A stretch of 64,000 nucleotides of DNA from an uncultured Gemmatimonadales bacterium (GCA_963809895.1 CAWELD010000003.1:1504001-1568000), one strand, 5' to 3'. Counted from the stretch's first letter, positions 42,153 through 52,526 are shown. A program made the numbers and translations. Notes: a model not told the origin generated them from the letters alone.

Positions 42153-43934
42153 TCAGCCGGCCATGGGCAGGGTGAAGCGGAAGGTGCTCCCCCGCCCCAC
42201 CTCGCTGTCCACCCCCACTTCGCCGCCGTGGGCCTCCACGATGCCCCGGACGATGGCAAGGCCCAGTCCCGCTCCACCCCGCTCGCCGTGCTCCGGCTGC
42301 CAGAAGCGGTCGAAGAGGTGGGCGCGGTCTTCCTCGGGAATCCCCGATCCGTTGTCCGATACCCGGAGCGTCACGGTGCCGGCGTCGGGGTCGGCGACCG
42401 CGCCGAGCTCGATGACCCCGTGTTGGCCCGTGTGGCGCAGTGCGTTGGCCACGAGGTTGGAGAGCACCTGGAGGATGCGGTCCCGGTCGGCCTCGACGGG
42501 CGGCAGCTCACCCACACCGTCCTCGATGCACAGGGAGAGATCCTTCTCGACGGCACGCGGCTCGAAGAGCTCCGCCACCTCCACCAGCAGACCCTGAACC
42601 TCACAGGGTCCCGGCCGCACCGACAGCGCCCCGGCATCGATGCGCGCCACGTCCAGCAGGTCCTGGATGAGGCGGTTCATGCGCTCGGCGGCCCGCTGCA
42701 CGATCTCCAGCTGCTGGCGGCGTCGGTCCTCGGGCAGCGGAACGTCGAGCAGAAGCTCGGCGGCCGCCGACACCGATCCCAGGGGATTGCGGAGGTCGTG
42801 ACTCACGACCGCGAGGGTCTGCTCCCGGGCCTTCACGGCGTCCTGCAACGCCTTCTCGGCTTCCCGCACCTGGGTCATGTCCGTGAGCGTGAGTACCGCC
42901 CCCCGATGCCGGCGACCGTCCATCATGGGCCGCAGGGACCAGCGGATGGGGAACGCCCTTCCCCGTCGGTGGCGCGCCACATCGTCGCGTGCGGCCTCCA
43001 CCACACCCAGATGGACCGCCTCCATGAGGGGGCACTCGTCCTCGCCGTGATCGGCGACCCCCGTGGCTCCGCCGTGCACGAGCTCGTGGACCGAGCGGCC
43101 CCGGGCCTCCTCTTCCGTGAAGCCGAGCAGCCTCGTGCCGGTGGCGTTCAGCGAGATCGCGCGCCCGGCCAGGTCGACGCTCAGGACCCCGTCGCCCGTG
43201 GCCTCGAGCACGGCGTCGCTTTCGCGCCGCGCCCGTACAGCCTCTCTGCCTCGGACCTGCGCTTCGTGGACCAGGGTGCGCAGGCGGCGGCCCAGGAATC
43301 CCACCGCCACCGTCGCCCCCAGGGCCAGCGCCACCAACGCCACCGTCAGCCGCATCTGGAGCGAACGGGCCCCGTCCATGCGCTGGCGAGCGCGATCCAT
43401 GTCTTCGGCGAGGGTCTCCCGCAGGCGTTGGGCTCCGTTCAGGACCGCGTCGTAGCTCTGCTGGTCTTCGTCCACGCGGTCGAGAAACGCCTCCCGTCCC
43501 TGTTCGCTGGCGATGGCGTCGCGGTGGGCCAGGTGCCAGCTGCTGGACGTCGTGAACCAGGGCAGCACCTGCTCCCGTGTGCGCTGGTCGGCACGGCGCA
43601 GCAGGCTCTCCAGGCTGTCGGAGATCTCACCTTCGCGCACCACCAGGGCCTCGTAGCGGCGCCTCGACTCCGCGTCGCCCGTGAGCAGATACCGCTGGAA
43701 CCGCGTCATGGCCCGGGCCTGGGTGAGGGCCAGCTCGGTGGCCTGGTTCCGCGCCGGCTCCAGGACCTGGGAAATCTCGTCGTCGACCCGGGCCACCTGC
43801 TGACCGACCCAGAAGGGGATCCCCGCCAGCGCCAGCAGCGCCACCGCGATGAAGAGGAGGGTCCAGGTGCCCGCCTCCACCGGAGGCCGCTCGGCTGCGA
43901 CATCTGCCATGGGAGGGGTCTCGAAGGCGTTCAT
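42153..43934 (-). CDS. PAS-domain sensor histidine kinase
   Basis: Two TMs, PAS, SHDLRNPL H-box, NLVANA, DNGSGI, GLGLAI. Confidence 0.93.
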   Translation of the reverse strand: MNAFETPPMADVAAERPPVEAGTWTLLFIAVALLALAGIPFWVGQQVARVDDEISQVLEPARNQATELALTQARAMTRFQRYLLTGDAESRRRYEALVVREGEISDSLESLLRRADQRTREQVLPWFTTSSSWHLAHRDAIASEQGREAFLDRVDEDQQSYDAVLNGAQRLRETLAEDMDRARQRMDGARSLQMRLTVALVALALGATVAVGFLGRRLRTLVHEAQVRGREAVRARRESDAVLEATGDGVLSVDLAGRAISLNATGTRLLGFTEEEARGRSVHELVHGGATGVADHGEDECPLMEAVHLGVVEAARDDVARHRRGRAFPIRWSLRPMMDGRRHRGAVLTLTDMTQVREAEKALQDAVKAREQTLAVVSHDLRNPLGSVSAAAELLLDVPLPEDRRRQQLEIVQRAAERMNRLIQDLLDVARIDAGALSVRPGPCEVQGLLVEVAELFEPRAVEKDLSLCIEDGVGELPPVEADRDRILQVLSNLVANALRHTGQHGVIELGAVADPDAGTVTLRVSDNGSGIPEEDRAHLFDRFWQPEHGERGGAGLGLAIVRGIVEAHGGEVGVDSEVGRGSTFRFTLPMAG

Positions 43935-43999
43935 GATTCAGCTTAGCCGGGCCCGCGGTCCTGCGACAGTGGCGCCAGAACCCCCGGGGCGGGTCTCCC

Positions 44000-45169
44000 T
44001 CACTCCCCGACCGAGGCCGTGTGCGGGCGCAGCCTGGACATCATCACCGCGGCCAGCCGCTCGGACAGATCGGGTAGCCCGCGGGACAGGTGCGGCGGGG
44101 CGTCGGCCGGCGCGGACTGGTCGGTGACCACTGCCAGGAACCGCCCCGCGTCCGGATCGTCGGGCCGCCACATCGCCGGGCGATCCCCGGAAGCAGGGCC
44201 GGGAGCCCGGACCTCGACGGCCGGCACGGACTCGCGCTTCCAACCCTCCGCCACCACGATGTCCGCGTCGCGGGCGTAGCGGCGCACCAGCTCCGTCAAT
44301 CCCGGCTCACCGTCCGGCCCCCAATCCCCCATGACCACACCGTCCTGGGGCCCCGCCAGGACCACCCGCGCGGCGCCACCTTCGTGTCGGAGCCTCCACG
44401 AGTCGGTGCCCGGCGTGTCGATGTCGAAACCGTGCCCGTGCTTCACCGCCACGACGCGCAGACCTCGAGCCGTGAGCGCCTCCACGAGGCCCACGGCCAC
44501 CGTGGTCTTGCCCGCGTCCTTCCATCCCACCACCGACACCACGGGGGGCAGATCGTCCACCAACGACTCCGCCAGCGCGCGGTCGTCCGGGCGATTCACG
44601 TTCAGGAGGAGGAGCTCGGGCTCCAGGGACCGTCCCTCCGCCAGCTCCGCCGGGGCCAGCATGATGCGTCGCCCCACACCCTGGACCCAGCGGCGAGCCG
44701 AGCGGTCGCCGGCCCGGTCCAGATGCTCGGACAGACCCGGGAGCAGGCCCACGCCGTACACGCCGAGCAGCGGCTGCACCCGATCGGGCTCACCGGCCAC
44801 GGCAGCGGTATCCCGAGGCCGGGTCGAGGCGCGCCAGGCGCGCACCAGGCGGGCCACGGCCGCGGTGTCCACCAGGGGGAGATCGCAGGCGAGGACCACC
44901 GCCCCGTCCAGGCCCTCGTCGCCGGCCCAGGCCAGCGCGGCCTCCAACCCGGCCAGGGGACCGGCGCCCGGGCGTTGGTCGTCACGCCGGGGCACGTCCG
45001 GCGGAACGTGCGCCGACGCGCCCACCACGCCCAGGCGATCCACCGAGGGCGCCAGGGCGGCGAGGGCGCGCGCCAACAGCGAGCGCCCGCCGACGGTGGC
45101 CGCTTCCTTGGGGGATCCGTAGCGGCGGCTGTCCCCTCCGGCCAGCACCGCACCCAGCAGTCGGCTCAA
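44000..45169 (-). CDS. mobAB: MobA-MobB fusion (molybdenum cofactor guanylyltransferase + MobB)
   Basis: VLAGGDSRRYG, GPLAG, LACDLP, NVN, then GWKDAGKTT, KHGHGFDIDTPGTDS, EGWK; TTG start at 45169. Confidence 0.85.
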   Translation of the reverse strand: MSRLLGAVLAGGDSRRYGSPKEAATVGGRSLLARALAALAPSVDRLGVVGASAHVPPDVPRRDDQRPGAGPLAGLEAALAWAGDEGLDGAVVLACDLPLVDTAAVARLVRAWRASTRPRDTAAVAGEPDRVQPLLGVYGVGLLPGLSEHLDRAGDRSARRWVQGVGRRIMLAPAELAEGRSLEPELLLLNVNRPDDRALAESLVDDLPPVVSVVGWKDAGKTTVAVGLVEALTARGLRVVAVKHGHGFDIDTPGTDSWRLRHEGGAARVVLAGPQDGVVMGDWGPDGEPGLTELVRRYARDADIVVAEGWKRESVPAVEVRAPGPASGDRPAMWRPDDPDAGRFLAVVTDQSAPADAPPHLSRGLPDLSERLAAVMMSRLRPHTASVGE

Positions 45170-46068
45170 GCTCCGGCTCCGTCCTCGCGGGCTGCAGCAT
45201 CGACGTCGTCGGATGCCACCACACGCTCCTCGCCCGTGTAGAGGTTGAACCCCCCCTTCCGGACGAAGCCGGCCAGCGTCATGCCGAACCGACGGGCCAG
45301 GTCCACGGCGAGGCTGGAGGGCGCGCTCACGGCCACGACCATGGGCACACCCGCCGCCAACGCCTTCTGGACGATCTCGAAGGACGAACGCCCGCTCACC
45401 ACCAGCGCGTGCTGGAGGAGTGGCAGACGCCCCTTGAGGAACGCTTCGCCCAGCACCTTGTCCACGGCGTTGTGGCGGCCCACGTCCTCCCGGGCCAGCC
45501 ACACCTCGCCCGACTGGTCCACCAGCCCCGCTGCGTGCAGCCCACCGGTGCGGTCGAAGTCACGCTGGGCGGCCCGCAGCCGGTTCGGAAGATCCGCCAC
45601 GGTGTCGGCGTCCAGCCGGATGCTCCCCTCCAGCGGGAGCGGCGCGCAGCCCTGGAGCTCCACCGCCTCCAGCGAGGCCTTGCCGCACACCCCGCACGAC
45701 GACGTCGTGTAGACGTTGCGGCTCAGGCGGTCCAGGTCCACGCCCTCGGCCCGCGCCAGGCGCACCTCGACGATGTTGTACTCCTGGTGGCCCTGCCCCG
45801 AGCGACAGTAGGTGAGCTCGCGGACGTCGCGCCGGTCGTGGAGGACGCCCTCGGTGAGCAGGAAGCCCGCCGCCAGCTCGAAGTCGTGGCCCGGCGTGCG
45901 CATGGTGACGGCCACGCTGGTGGAGGCCCATCCCGAGGGCGCCGGGAGCGCGACGCGCACCTCCAGCGGCTCCTCCACCGTCAACTCGTCCCGCACACTC
46001 CGGTCGTCGCGCCCGGGCCGGTGGCGGCGGACGGGAACCCTGACGACGCTACGACGGGGACGAGCCAC
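45166..46068 (-). CDS. fdhD: Formate dehydrogenase accessory sulfurtransferase FdhD
   Basis: EEPL, MRTPG, SSCGVCG, TGGLHAA, EDVGRHNAVDK. Confidence 0.95.
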   Translation of the reverse strand: MARPRRSVVRVPVRRHRPGRDDRSVRDELTVEEPLEVRVALPAPSGWASTSVAVTMRTPGHDFELAAGFLLTEGVLHDRRDVRELTYCRSGQGHQEYNIVEVRLARAEGVDLDRLSRNVYTTSSCGVCGKASLEAVELQGCAPLPLEGSIRLDADTVADLPNRLRAAQRDFDRTGGLHAAGLVDQSGEVWLAREDVGRHNAVDKVLGEAFLKGRLPLLQHALVVSGRSSFEIVQKALAAGVPMVVAVSAPSSLAVDLARRFGMTLAGFVRKGGFNLYTGEERVVASDDVDAAAREDGAGA

Positions 46069-46083
46069 GGCGAACCTCGAAGC

Positions 46084-46575
46084 CTACAGGAAGATGGCTC
46101 GCACGACCCAGATCACCAGCCAACCGAGGAGCGCCGTGAAGACGGCCTTGCCGGTGCTGAAATCCAGGGCCTGGCGAATCCCCACGACGCCCGCCACCAG
46201 CATCCACACGGCGACGACGGGCAGGATGAGCCAGCCGAGCAGCGGCACGATGGCCAGAAGCGCGAGGACGCCGGGCGCCTGGGCGAAGCCGAGGGTCCGG
46301 AGTAGCTCGCCCCAGGTCGCGGTCCCCCGGAACAGCCGGGTGCCGATGAAGTAGGTGACCCCCGCCCACACCACCCAGCCCACGAGCTGGGTGACCCCGA
46401 CGCCGACGATGCGCAGGGGTCCGAGCCCCAGCGCGCCCACGGCCTGGCAGGCGGCGACGATGACCACCACCGCCGCGGCCTGCCCCGTGGCGGTTTCGTC
46501 GTGCTCCACCTCCTCGTACACCGAGAGGTCGAGGGTGGCGGCGCCCATCATGCGGTCGGTGAGGCTGCGTGCCAT
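46084..46575 (-). CDS. YIP1-like membrane protein
   Basis: YEEVEHD...ATGQA, LGFAQAPG, multi-TM; GGAGGAG RBS before ATG 46575. Confidence 0.75.
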   Translation of the reverse strand: MARSLTDRMMGAATLDLSVYEEVEHDETATGQAAAVVVIVAACQAVGALGLGPLRIVGVGVTQLVGWVVWAGVTYFIGTRLFRGTATWGELLRTLGFAQAPGVLALLAIVPLLGWLILPVVAVWMLVAGVVGIRQALDFSTGKAVFTALLGWLVIWVVRAIFL

Positions 46576-46970
46576 GGCGTCTCCTCCGGAAGTGGGGATT
46601 GGGGGCCGAGCTCTGCGGGACGCCCCACACCTCCGGCGCCCCCTCCCGATGATGGCGCAGGGCCGCCGCCCGGCGCCAGGGTCCGCGCCCGCAGCCAGCT
46701 CCACCGCCAGGAGCACCGCGGCTTGTACGCGTGGGTCTTCATCTGCGTTCCCGGGGGACTGCACGAGCGGCGTCAGGAAGGGCGGACCGAGGGGATTGCG
46801 CTCACCGACGCGCAGGGGACCGACGGTCGCGCGGCGGCAGCGTCTCGCTCCGCAGGCGCCGAGGCGGAGGCCGCGTCTCCGTCGACATGGACACAGGGGC
46901 CCGGACATGCAAGAATGGGAGTCTGGAACAAGCGCGCGCACCGACCAAGGTCTCTCCAAGAAGAGCTCCG

Positions 46971-47966
46971 ATGATCTCGACCTCCACGCCCACGGCTGGG
47001 CCCCACGCCGACCCTCTCCGCACCCACGCCAAGGCCGACACCTGGTTCCGGCTGCGGAGTCCGCAGGAGCTGCCCGATCAGCTCCGCGATCTGGCGCACC
47101 GGGAGCTCGACCTGGCGGCGGAAGGTCTGTGGGTGTCGCCGGGGCCGGCGCTGGACGCGGGCGTGCTCTATGCCCGCAGCGCGGTGGAGAAGGTGCGCAC
47201 GTTGCTGCGTCTGGTACGGGCGGGAATCCCCAAGAAGGTCAGGAAGGACCACAACGGCCGCCTCAAGGCGCTGGTGCGCCAACTGGCCGAAGCCCGCGAC
47301 ACCGGGACGCTGGAAGACGTGGTCGAGCGTCTGCGCCAGGCCACCCGCGAGCCCGAGCTTCGCGACGGCCTCATGGTCCTCGGGGGTCGCCTGGCCGAGC
47401 GCCGTTACCGGGACAGCGCCGCCCACCGGGACGGGCACCTGCTGTCGCCCATCCGGGAGGAGCTGGAGCGCCTGGATGCGGAGGTTCTGACGTGGCCGCT
47501 GGAGGGTGACGGATTCGCCCTGCTCGCCCCGGGTCTGGCCCGGGTGCAGCGCCGCGCCGCCAAGGCCATGCAGAAGGTGGCCGACGGCAAGACCTCGGCC
47601 AAGCGCCACCGCAAGTGGATGCGCCGCTCCCGGGAGCTGGGATACGCCGTGCGCTTGCTGGAGCCCACCTGGCCCTGCCCCCTCAATGCGCTGGGTCACG
47701 AGATCGATCGCATGTCCGGACGGCTGCAGGAGGCCGACGAGCTCGACCGCCTGCTGCGGCTTGCCAAGGCCGACGAGACCCTGTTCGCGGCCCTCCCCGA
47801 CGACGCCCTCGTGGAGCGCGTGGGACGGCTTCGGGACCGCTTCCGCACCGAGGCCCTTCTCACTGGACGCCGGATCTTCGCCGATTCCCCCGACGGATTC
47901 CGGAATCGTGTGGGCTGCTGGTACTCGGCCTGGTCCGACGAGGCCGGACACGCCACCGAGAACTGA
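46971..47966 (+). CDS. CHAD-domain-like protein
   Basis: All-helical, RTLLRLVR, EARD, WPL..DGF..LAPGL pattern of CHAD proteins; start uncertain. Confidence 0.7.
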   Translation: MISTSTPTAGPHADPLRTHAKADTWFRLRSPQELPDQLRDLAHRELDLAAEGLWVSPGPALDAGVLYARSAVEKVRTLLRLVRAGIPKKVRKDHNGRLKALVRQLAEARDTGTLEDVVERLRQATREPELRDGLMVLGGRLAERRYRDSAAHRDGHLLSPIREELERLDAEVLTWPLEGDGFALLAPGLARVQRRAAKAMQKVADGKTSAKRHRKWMRRSRELGYAVRLLEPTWPCPLNALGHEIDRMSGRLQEADELDRLLRLAKADETLFAALPDDALVERVGRLRDRFRTEALLTGRRIFADSPDGFRNRVGCWYSAWSDEAGHATEN

Positions 47967-48045
47967 TCGTCGCGTTTCCCCGCGAGGAACCCATTCTGCC
48001 GATCGGCGCACACCTCGCCGCGAGCACGTCCCCGGAGCGTCGCGC

Positions 48046-48098
48046 TTGACATCCGCGCTGAGTGCTACAAAAATAGCATGGTGCTAATTTCGTAGCAC
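48046..48098 (+). promoter_or_regulatory. Promoter and double palindromic operator upstream of the blaI-like gene
   Basis: TTGACA at 48046; TGCTA-N6-TAGCA at 48063-48078 and again at 48082-48097. Confidence 0.75.
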
Positions 48099-48140
48099 GT
48101 GAAGGACAGCGACGTGAACCGGCCCGATTCCGGGGGACCC

Positions 48141-48530
48141 ATGCAGGACCGACCATACACCGATCTGAGTCGCCGCGAGCGCCAGATCATGGACATCCTC
48201 TATCGGCTGGGCTCCGCGGCGGTGGCGGAGGTCCAGGCCGAGCTTCCCGATCCCCCGAGCTATTCGGCGGTGCGCGCCATGCTCGGGAAGCTGGAGGACA
48301 AGGGCCATCTGAAACACACGCAGGACGGCGCCCGGTACGTGTATCATCCGAGCCATCCCAGAGAAGAGGCCCGAGAGTCGGCCGTGCGGCGCCTGCTGCG
48401 CACCTTCTTCGACGGGTCACCGACCCGGGCGGTGGCGGCGGTGCTGGACCTGTCGGACGAGGCGATGGACGAGGCGGAGCTGGATCGGTTGGCCGAGATG
48501 ATCGACGAAGCGCGAGCGAGGGGGCGGTGA
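48141..48530 (+). CDS. BlaI/MecI/CopY family transcriptional repressor
   Basis: LSRRERQIMDIL, SYSAVRAML, LEDKG, FFDGS. Confidence 0.92.
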   Translation: MQDRPYTDLSRRERQIMDILYRLGSAAVAEVQAELPDPPSYSAVRAMLGKLEDKGHLKHTQDGARYVYHPSHPREEARESAVRRLLRTFFDGSPTRAVAAVLDLSDEAMDEAELDRLAEMIDEARARGR

Positions 48531-51080
48531 TGAACGTGACGATGACGTGGAATCCGACGGGACTGAGCGGCCTGCTTCTGGAGACGGGGCTCAGGAGCCT
48601 CCTGCTGCTCTCTCTGGTGGCGGGCGTGGCGTTGCTGCTCCGCCGGGAGTCGGCGGCCAGCCGGCACCTGGCGTGGTTCGCGGGATTGGCGGGCGTGCTC
48701 CTCCTCCCCTTGGCGACCCTGGGGCTGCCACGATGGCACCTGCCGGTACCGGCTTCGGCGTCGGAGCATGCGGCGTCGGTGATGGGCTCACTGGCGCCGG
48801 CGCGCGGACCGGCCCCCCGAGGCGCGGCGGTGGACGCCCCGGCATCGCGGTTGGAGGCCGGGCCCCCGGTGAGCGCGGTGGCTCCGACGGCTTCCGCGCA
48901 GCGCGAATCGTCGGCGCCGCGCCCCCTCGACGCGTCGGTGGCCGCCGGCGAGGAGACGCCGCCGAGCCTCCCCCTCCCCACCCTGCTGCGCACTGGTATG
49001 GGCGATCGGCGCGGGGCTGCTCCTGGTGCGGCTCGCCGCCAACCATGTCGCGACCCGCCGCCTCGAGCGGGGCACCGTGGCCTTTCCCGACGGTCGCGTG
49101 ACCCGCGAGACGGCGGCCATGGCCACCCTCCTGGGCCTGGACCGCCCGGTGCGCATGCTGCGGGGTGCGGAAGGCACCATGCCGGTGAGCTGGGGCCTGG
49201 TGCGCGCGACGGTGCTCCTGCCTGCGGGTGCGGAACGCTGGCATCCCTCGCGCCTGAGGGCGGTGCTCCTGCATGAGCTGGCGCACGTGGCGCGCCACGA
49301 CTGCGCCACGCAGGCCCTGGCCGACGCGGCCCAGGCCCTGTACTGGCCAAACCCCCTGGCCTGGGTCGCCGCGTGGCGGCTCCGGGTCGAGCGCGAGCAT
49401 GCCTGCGACGACCGCGTGCTGGAAGCCGGTGCCCGGGCGTCGGAGTACGCCCGCGAGCTCCTGTCGCTGGCCCGGGGATTCCAGGCGGGCCCCGCGCTGT
49501 CCACGGCGGCGGTGGCCATGGCACGGCCGGGCCGCCTGGCGAGCCGGCTCCGGGCCGTGCTGGCCGAAGGGCGCCGGCGCTCGTTGTCCCGCACTGCCGC
49601 GCTGGCCGTGACGGCGGGTGCGGTGCTGCTCACCGGGGCGGCCTCGGCGGCCACGCCGGCGGTGGCGGCTCCCGCGGCCGGGCCTGCAGAGACGACCGCG
49701 GCAGCCTCCCGGACGACGCCCAGCGCTCCCGCCGCCGACCAGGCCTCGGGGCCCGCCCCGCTGGCGCTTCCGCCGCAGGCGATGACCTGCGGCATGGAAG
49801 CCACCGGGTGGCAGAGCATGTCCCACCACTCCGACGACGGCCGTGAGCGCCTGCAGTGGTCCAAGCCCGGGTGCGAGGTCGACGTGCGCGTCGAGGGTGA
49901 GGTCCGCTTCAGCGACGACTTCATGGACGTGGCGAGCCTCGGCCGCAACGCCCTGTTCCGCATCGAGGAGAACGAGGGCCGCACCGAGCGCCGTCTCGAC
50001 GTCACGCCGGGATCCGGCGGCGACCCGACCTACGAGTACCGTGTGGACGGCCGCACGGAGCCCTTCGACGCCCAGGCGCGCGCCTGGTACCAGGGCATGC
50101 TCCTGCAGGTCTTCCGGCGGGGCGGCTACATGGCCGAAGAGCGCGTCGCCGCCCTGCTCAGGACCGGCGGCGTGGACGCCGTCCTCCAGGAGCTCGACCT
50201 CATCCCCTCGGACTACGTGTCGGCGCGCTACGTCGAAGAGCTCATGCGCCAGGCCGACCTCAGCGAGGGCCAGGTCGTGCAACTGGTGGACGAGGCGAGA
50301 GACCGGGTGGACTCCGACCACTACCTGGCCGGGATCCTGACGGCGCTGGCCGAGAACCACGATCTGACCAGTCCGGTCATGGACGCCTTCCTGAGGGCGT
50401 CACGCTCGCTGGACTCCGACCACTACCGGGCCCAGGTCCTCACCACGGCGCTGGACAAGGGCACGCTGCAGACGGGACAGGTGGAGGCGCTGCTGGCGTC
50501 GGCCTCGGAGATCGACTCCGATCACTACCTGGCCCAGATCCTGGACTCGGTCGCCGAGCGCTACGCGCTGAACCCGTCCATGCGCGGCGCGTACCTGCGG
50601 GCCGTGGAGTCCATCGAGTCCGACCACTACCGCACCCAGGTGCTGTCCGGGCTCCTGGACCGCGGTGACCTGGACGCGGGCGAGCTGTCCGAGGTGCTAC
50701 GCGCCGCCGGGTCCATCGAATCCGATCACTACGTCACCGAGATCCTCAGGAAGGCCTCGACCCGGGAGCTGTCGGGCCCGCTCCAGGACGCCTACCTCGA
50801 CGTGGCCCGGGGCATCGAATCCGACCACTACAAGGCGGAGGCGCTGACCCTGCTGGTGCGGCGCGACCAGGTTTCGAGCGGGTTGTTGGCAGGCGTGCTG
50901 GACGCCACGAGCTCCATCGCGAGCGACCACTACAAGGCCGGCCTCCTGGTGGAGATCGCCCAGCGTCACACGCTGAGCGGCGACCTGCGCGACGCCTACA
51001 TGCGAGCCATGGACAGCGTCGGATCCAAGACCTACCGGGGCCGGGTGGCCGAAGCGCTCCTGGATCAGGGGGGCGACTAG
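48527..51080 (+). pseudogene. BlaR1-like M56 metallopeptidase with C-terminal SDHY repeats; one frameshift near 48990
   Basis: N-terminal SAASRHLAW in frame 48527; HELAH, YWPNPL and EREHACDD in frame 49026; removing one base at CTGCTGcGCACTGGTATGG restores LLALVWAIG. Could be a sequencing error. Confidence 0.85.
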
Positions 51081-51088
51081 CGTCGGCT

Positions 51089-51105
51089 CCGGGGGTCGTC
51101 CCCGG
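51089..51105. terminator. GC hairpin between the convergent M56 gene and tRNA
   Basis: CCGGGG-gtcgt-CCCCGG; no clear U-tract. Confidence 0.4.
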
Positions 51106-51119
51106 CGAAGTGGTAGGAA

Positions 51120-51195
51120 TGGGCGCTGAGGGATTCGAACCCCCGACCTCCTGCTTGTAAGGCAGGCGCTCTAAACCAAGCTGAGCTAAGCGCCC
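51120..51195 (-). tRNA. tRNA-Val(TAC); CCA not encoded
   Basis: Reverse complement GGGCGCT TA GCTC AGCTTGGTTTA GAGC G CCTGC CTTACAA GCAGG AGGTC GGGGG TTCGAAT CCCTC AGCGCCC A folds as a full cloverleaf. Confidence 0.97.
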
Positions 51196-51260
51196 TCGGG
51201 GTGTTTGCCGCTAATCCACGCGACAAACGGGGCTGACAAACCTAGCGGAAGTACGGGCGG

Positions 51261-51281
51261 TGTGCACGTAGCTGTGCACGT
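51261..51281. repeat. Tandem direct repeat, putative integrase arm-type sites
   Basis: TGTGCACGT-AGC-TGTGCACGT immediately after the integrase stop codon. Confidence 0.6.
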
Positions 51282-52526
51282 TCACGCCCGCTCCCGAAGC
51301 TCACCGCCGCCGAGCACGACGTTGAGCATCGTCTCGGGGTCGGCCTGCTGGTACGAGTCCTTGAGCGCCTTCGTGCTCTTCCAGCCGCCGGCCGCCGCAA
51401 CATCCACGTCGGGTAGGTGCTTCCGCTCCGTGGCCCACTTCCTTCGGTAGGCGTGCCAGAGGGAGCCGTTTTGCGGTTCGACGCCGGCCAGCTTCTCACC
51501 GGCCCTCAGCCACTTATCTGCGAGGTGGCGGGTCATGGGCTGTTCCCGGTCCTCCGGCGACGGGAACAAGGGCGCCGCGCCGATGCCCGGCCGGTCCTTG
51601 CGGATACGGTCGAGCGCAGCCCGCACCGCCGGTCCGATCGGGACGACGGTCTCGCGGTTCGTCTTGTCGGTCTCCGCTGGCCAGCGGATCGCTCCGTGGG
51701 GTCCTTCGTCCAGCAGGAGGTCTCGGTACCGCAGGGCGCACACGGCGGAGATTCGCCGGCCAGTGCCGTTCACGATGTCGAGCAGCTCGCTCAGGTAGCT
51801 CCGTTGCGCCTTTCGCTGGTCCGTCCAGCGCGCCTCCATCTCGACTTGGTCCGACACTGCCCGGATGGCTTCGTATCGGTCCTGCGTCGCCACAGGGCGC
51901 CGAGGGTTCTCTTCGTGCGGTGCGTCGAAGCCTCGGACGGGGTTCTCGCGCATGAGGTAGTGGCCCTCGGGCATGCGCCACTTCGAGGCCCAATTGAACA
52001 CCCACCGCAGCCACTTGCAGTCGGCCTCCACGGTCCGGGCGCGCACCGGCCGGGGCTTGGTGTCACCCTTGGGACGTCGGCCTCGCGCGTCGATCATGCC
52101 GGACGCCCGAGCGTCGATGAACCGCTCCCAGTCCCGCAGGGCCACGTCGTGCGGGTCCAGATCACTTCCGAGGACCCGAAGCCACATCTCGAACCGTCGC
52201 TCGTCGGCGCGCTGCTCGCGCTGGCTCTTGCGCGGCGTCCTGTGGCGCCTGTAAAGGCCGAAGACTTCACCGAGGGTGGTCTCCCCCTTCGAGTGCCGTT
52301 CATCGGCGTCAGCGACGCATGCAGCCTGCTTCAGGGCGTAGGCCTTCGCACGGTCCCGGTCCCGGTAGCCCAATGAGCGCCGAACGTGTGCTCCGGCGTC
52401 CCCTTTGTTGGGGTCCCAGTACCGGACGTACAGCGGTCCCCCCGGGGTGCGCTCGTAGACGGTGATGGTGTTCGGGCGGTCCCCCGCCGAGAACGACCAT
52501 CGCTTCCGCTTCTTCCGCTTCACCAC
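51282..52526 (-). CDS. Tyrosine integrase
   Basis: Catalytic R (GTGRRISAV), K (TDKT), HxxR (WHAYRR), W (GGWKS), Y (DSYQ). Confidence 0.92.
   Translation of the reverse strand: MVKRKKRKRWSFSAGDRPNTITVYERTPGGPLYVRYWDPNKGDAGAHVRRSLGYRDRDRAKAYALKQAACVADADERHSKGETTLGEVFGLYRRHRTPRKSQREQRADERRFEMWLRVLGSDLDPHDVALRDWERFIDARASGMIDARGRRPKGDTKPRPVRARTVEADCKWLRWVFNWASKWRMPEGHYLMRENPVRGFDAPHEENPRRPVATQDRYEAIRAVSDQVEMEARWTDQRKAQRSYLSELLDIVNGTGRRISAVCALRYRDLLLDEGPHGAIRWPAETDKTNRETVVPIGPAVRAALDRIRKDRPGIGAAPLFPSPEDREQPMTRHLADKWLRAGEKLAGVEPQNGSLWHAYRRKWATERKHLPDVDVAAAGGWKSTKALKDSYQQADPETMLNVVLGGGELRERA

Noticed and set aside
44000..45169. MobA-MobB fusion as a novelty
   Set aside because: Such fusions are already known in bacteria.
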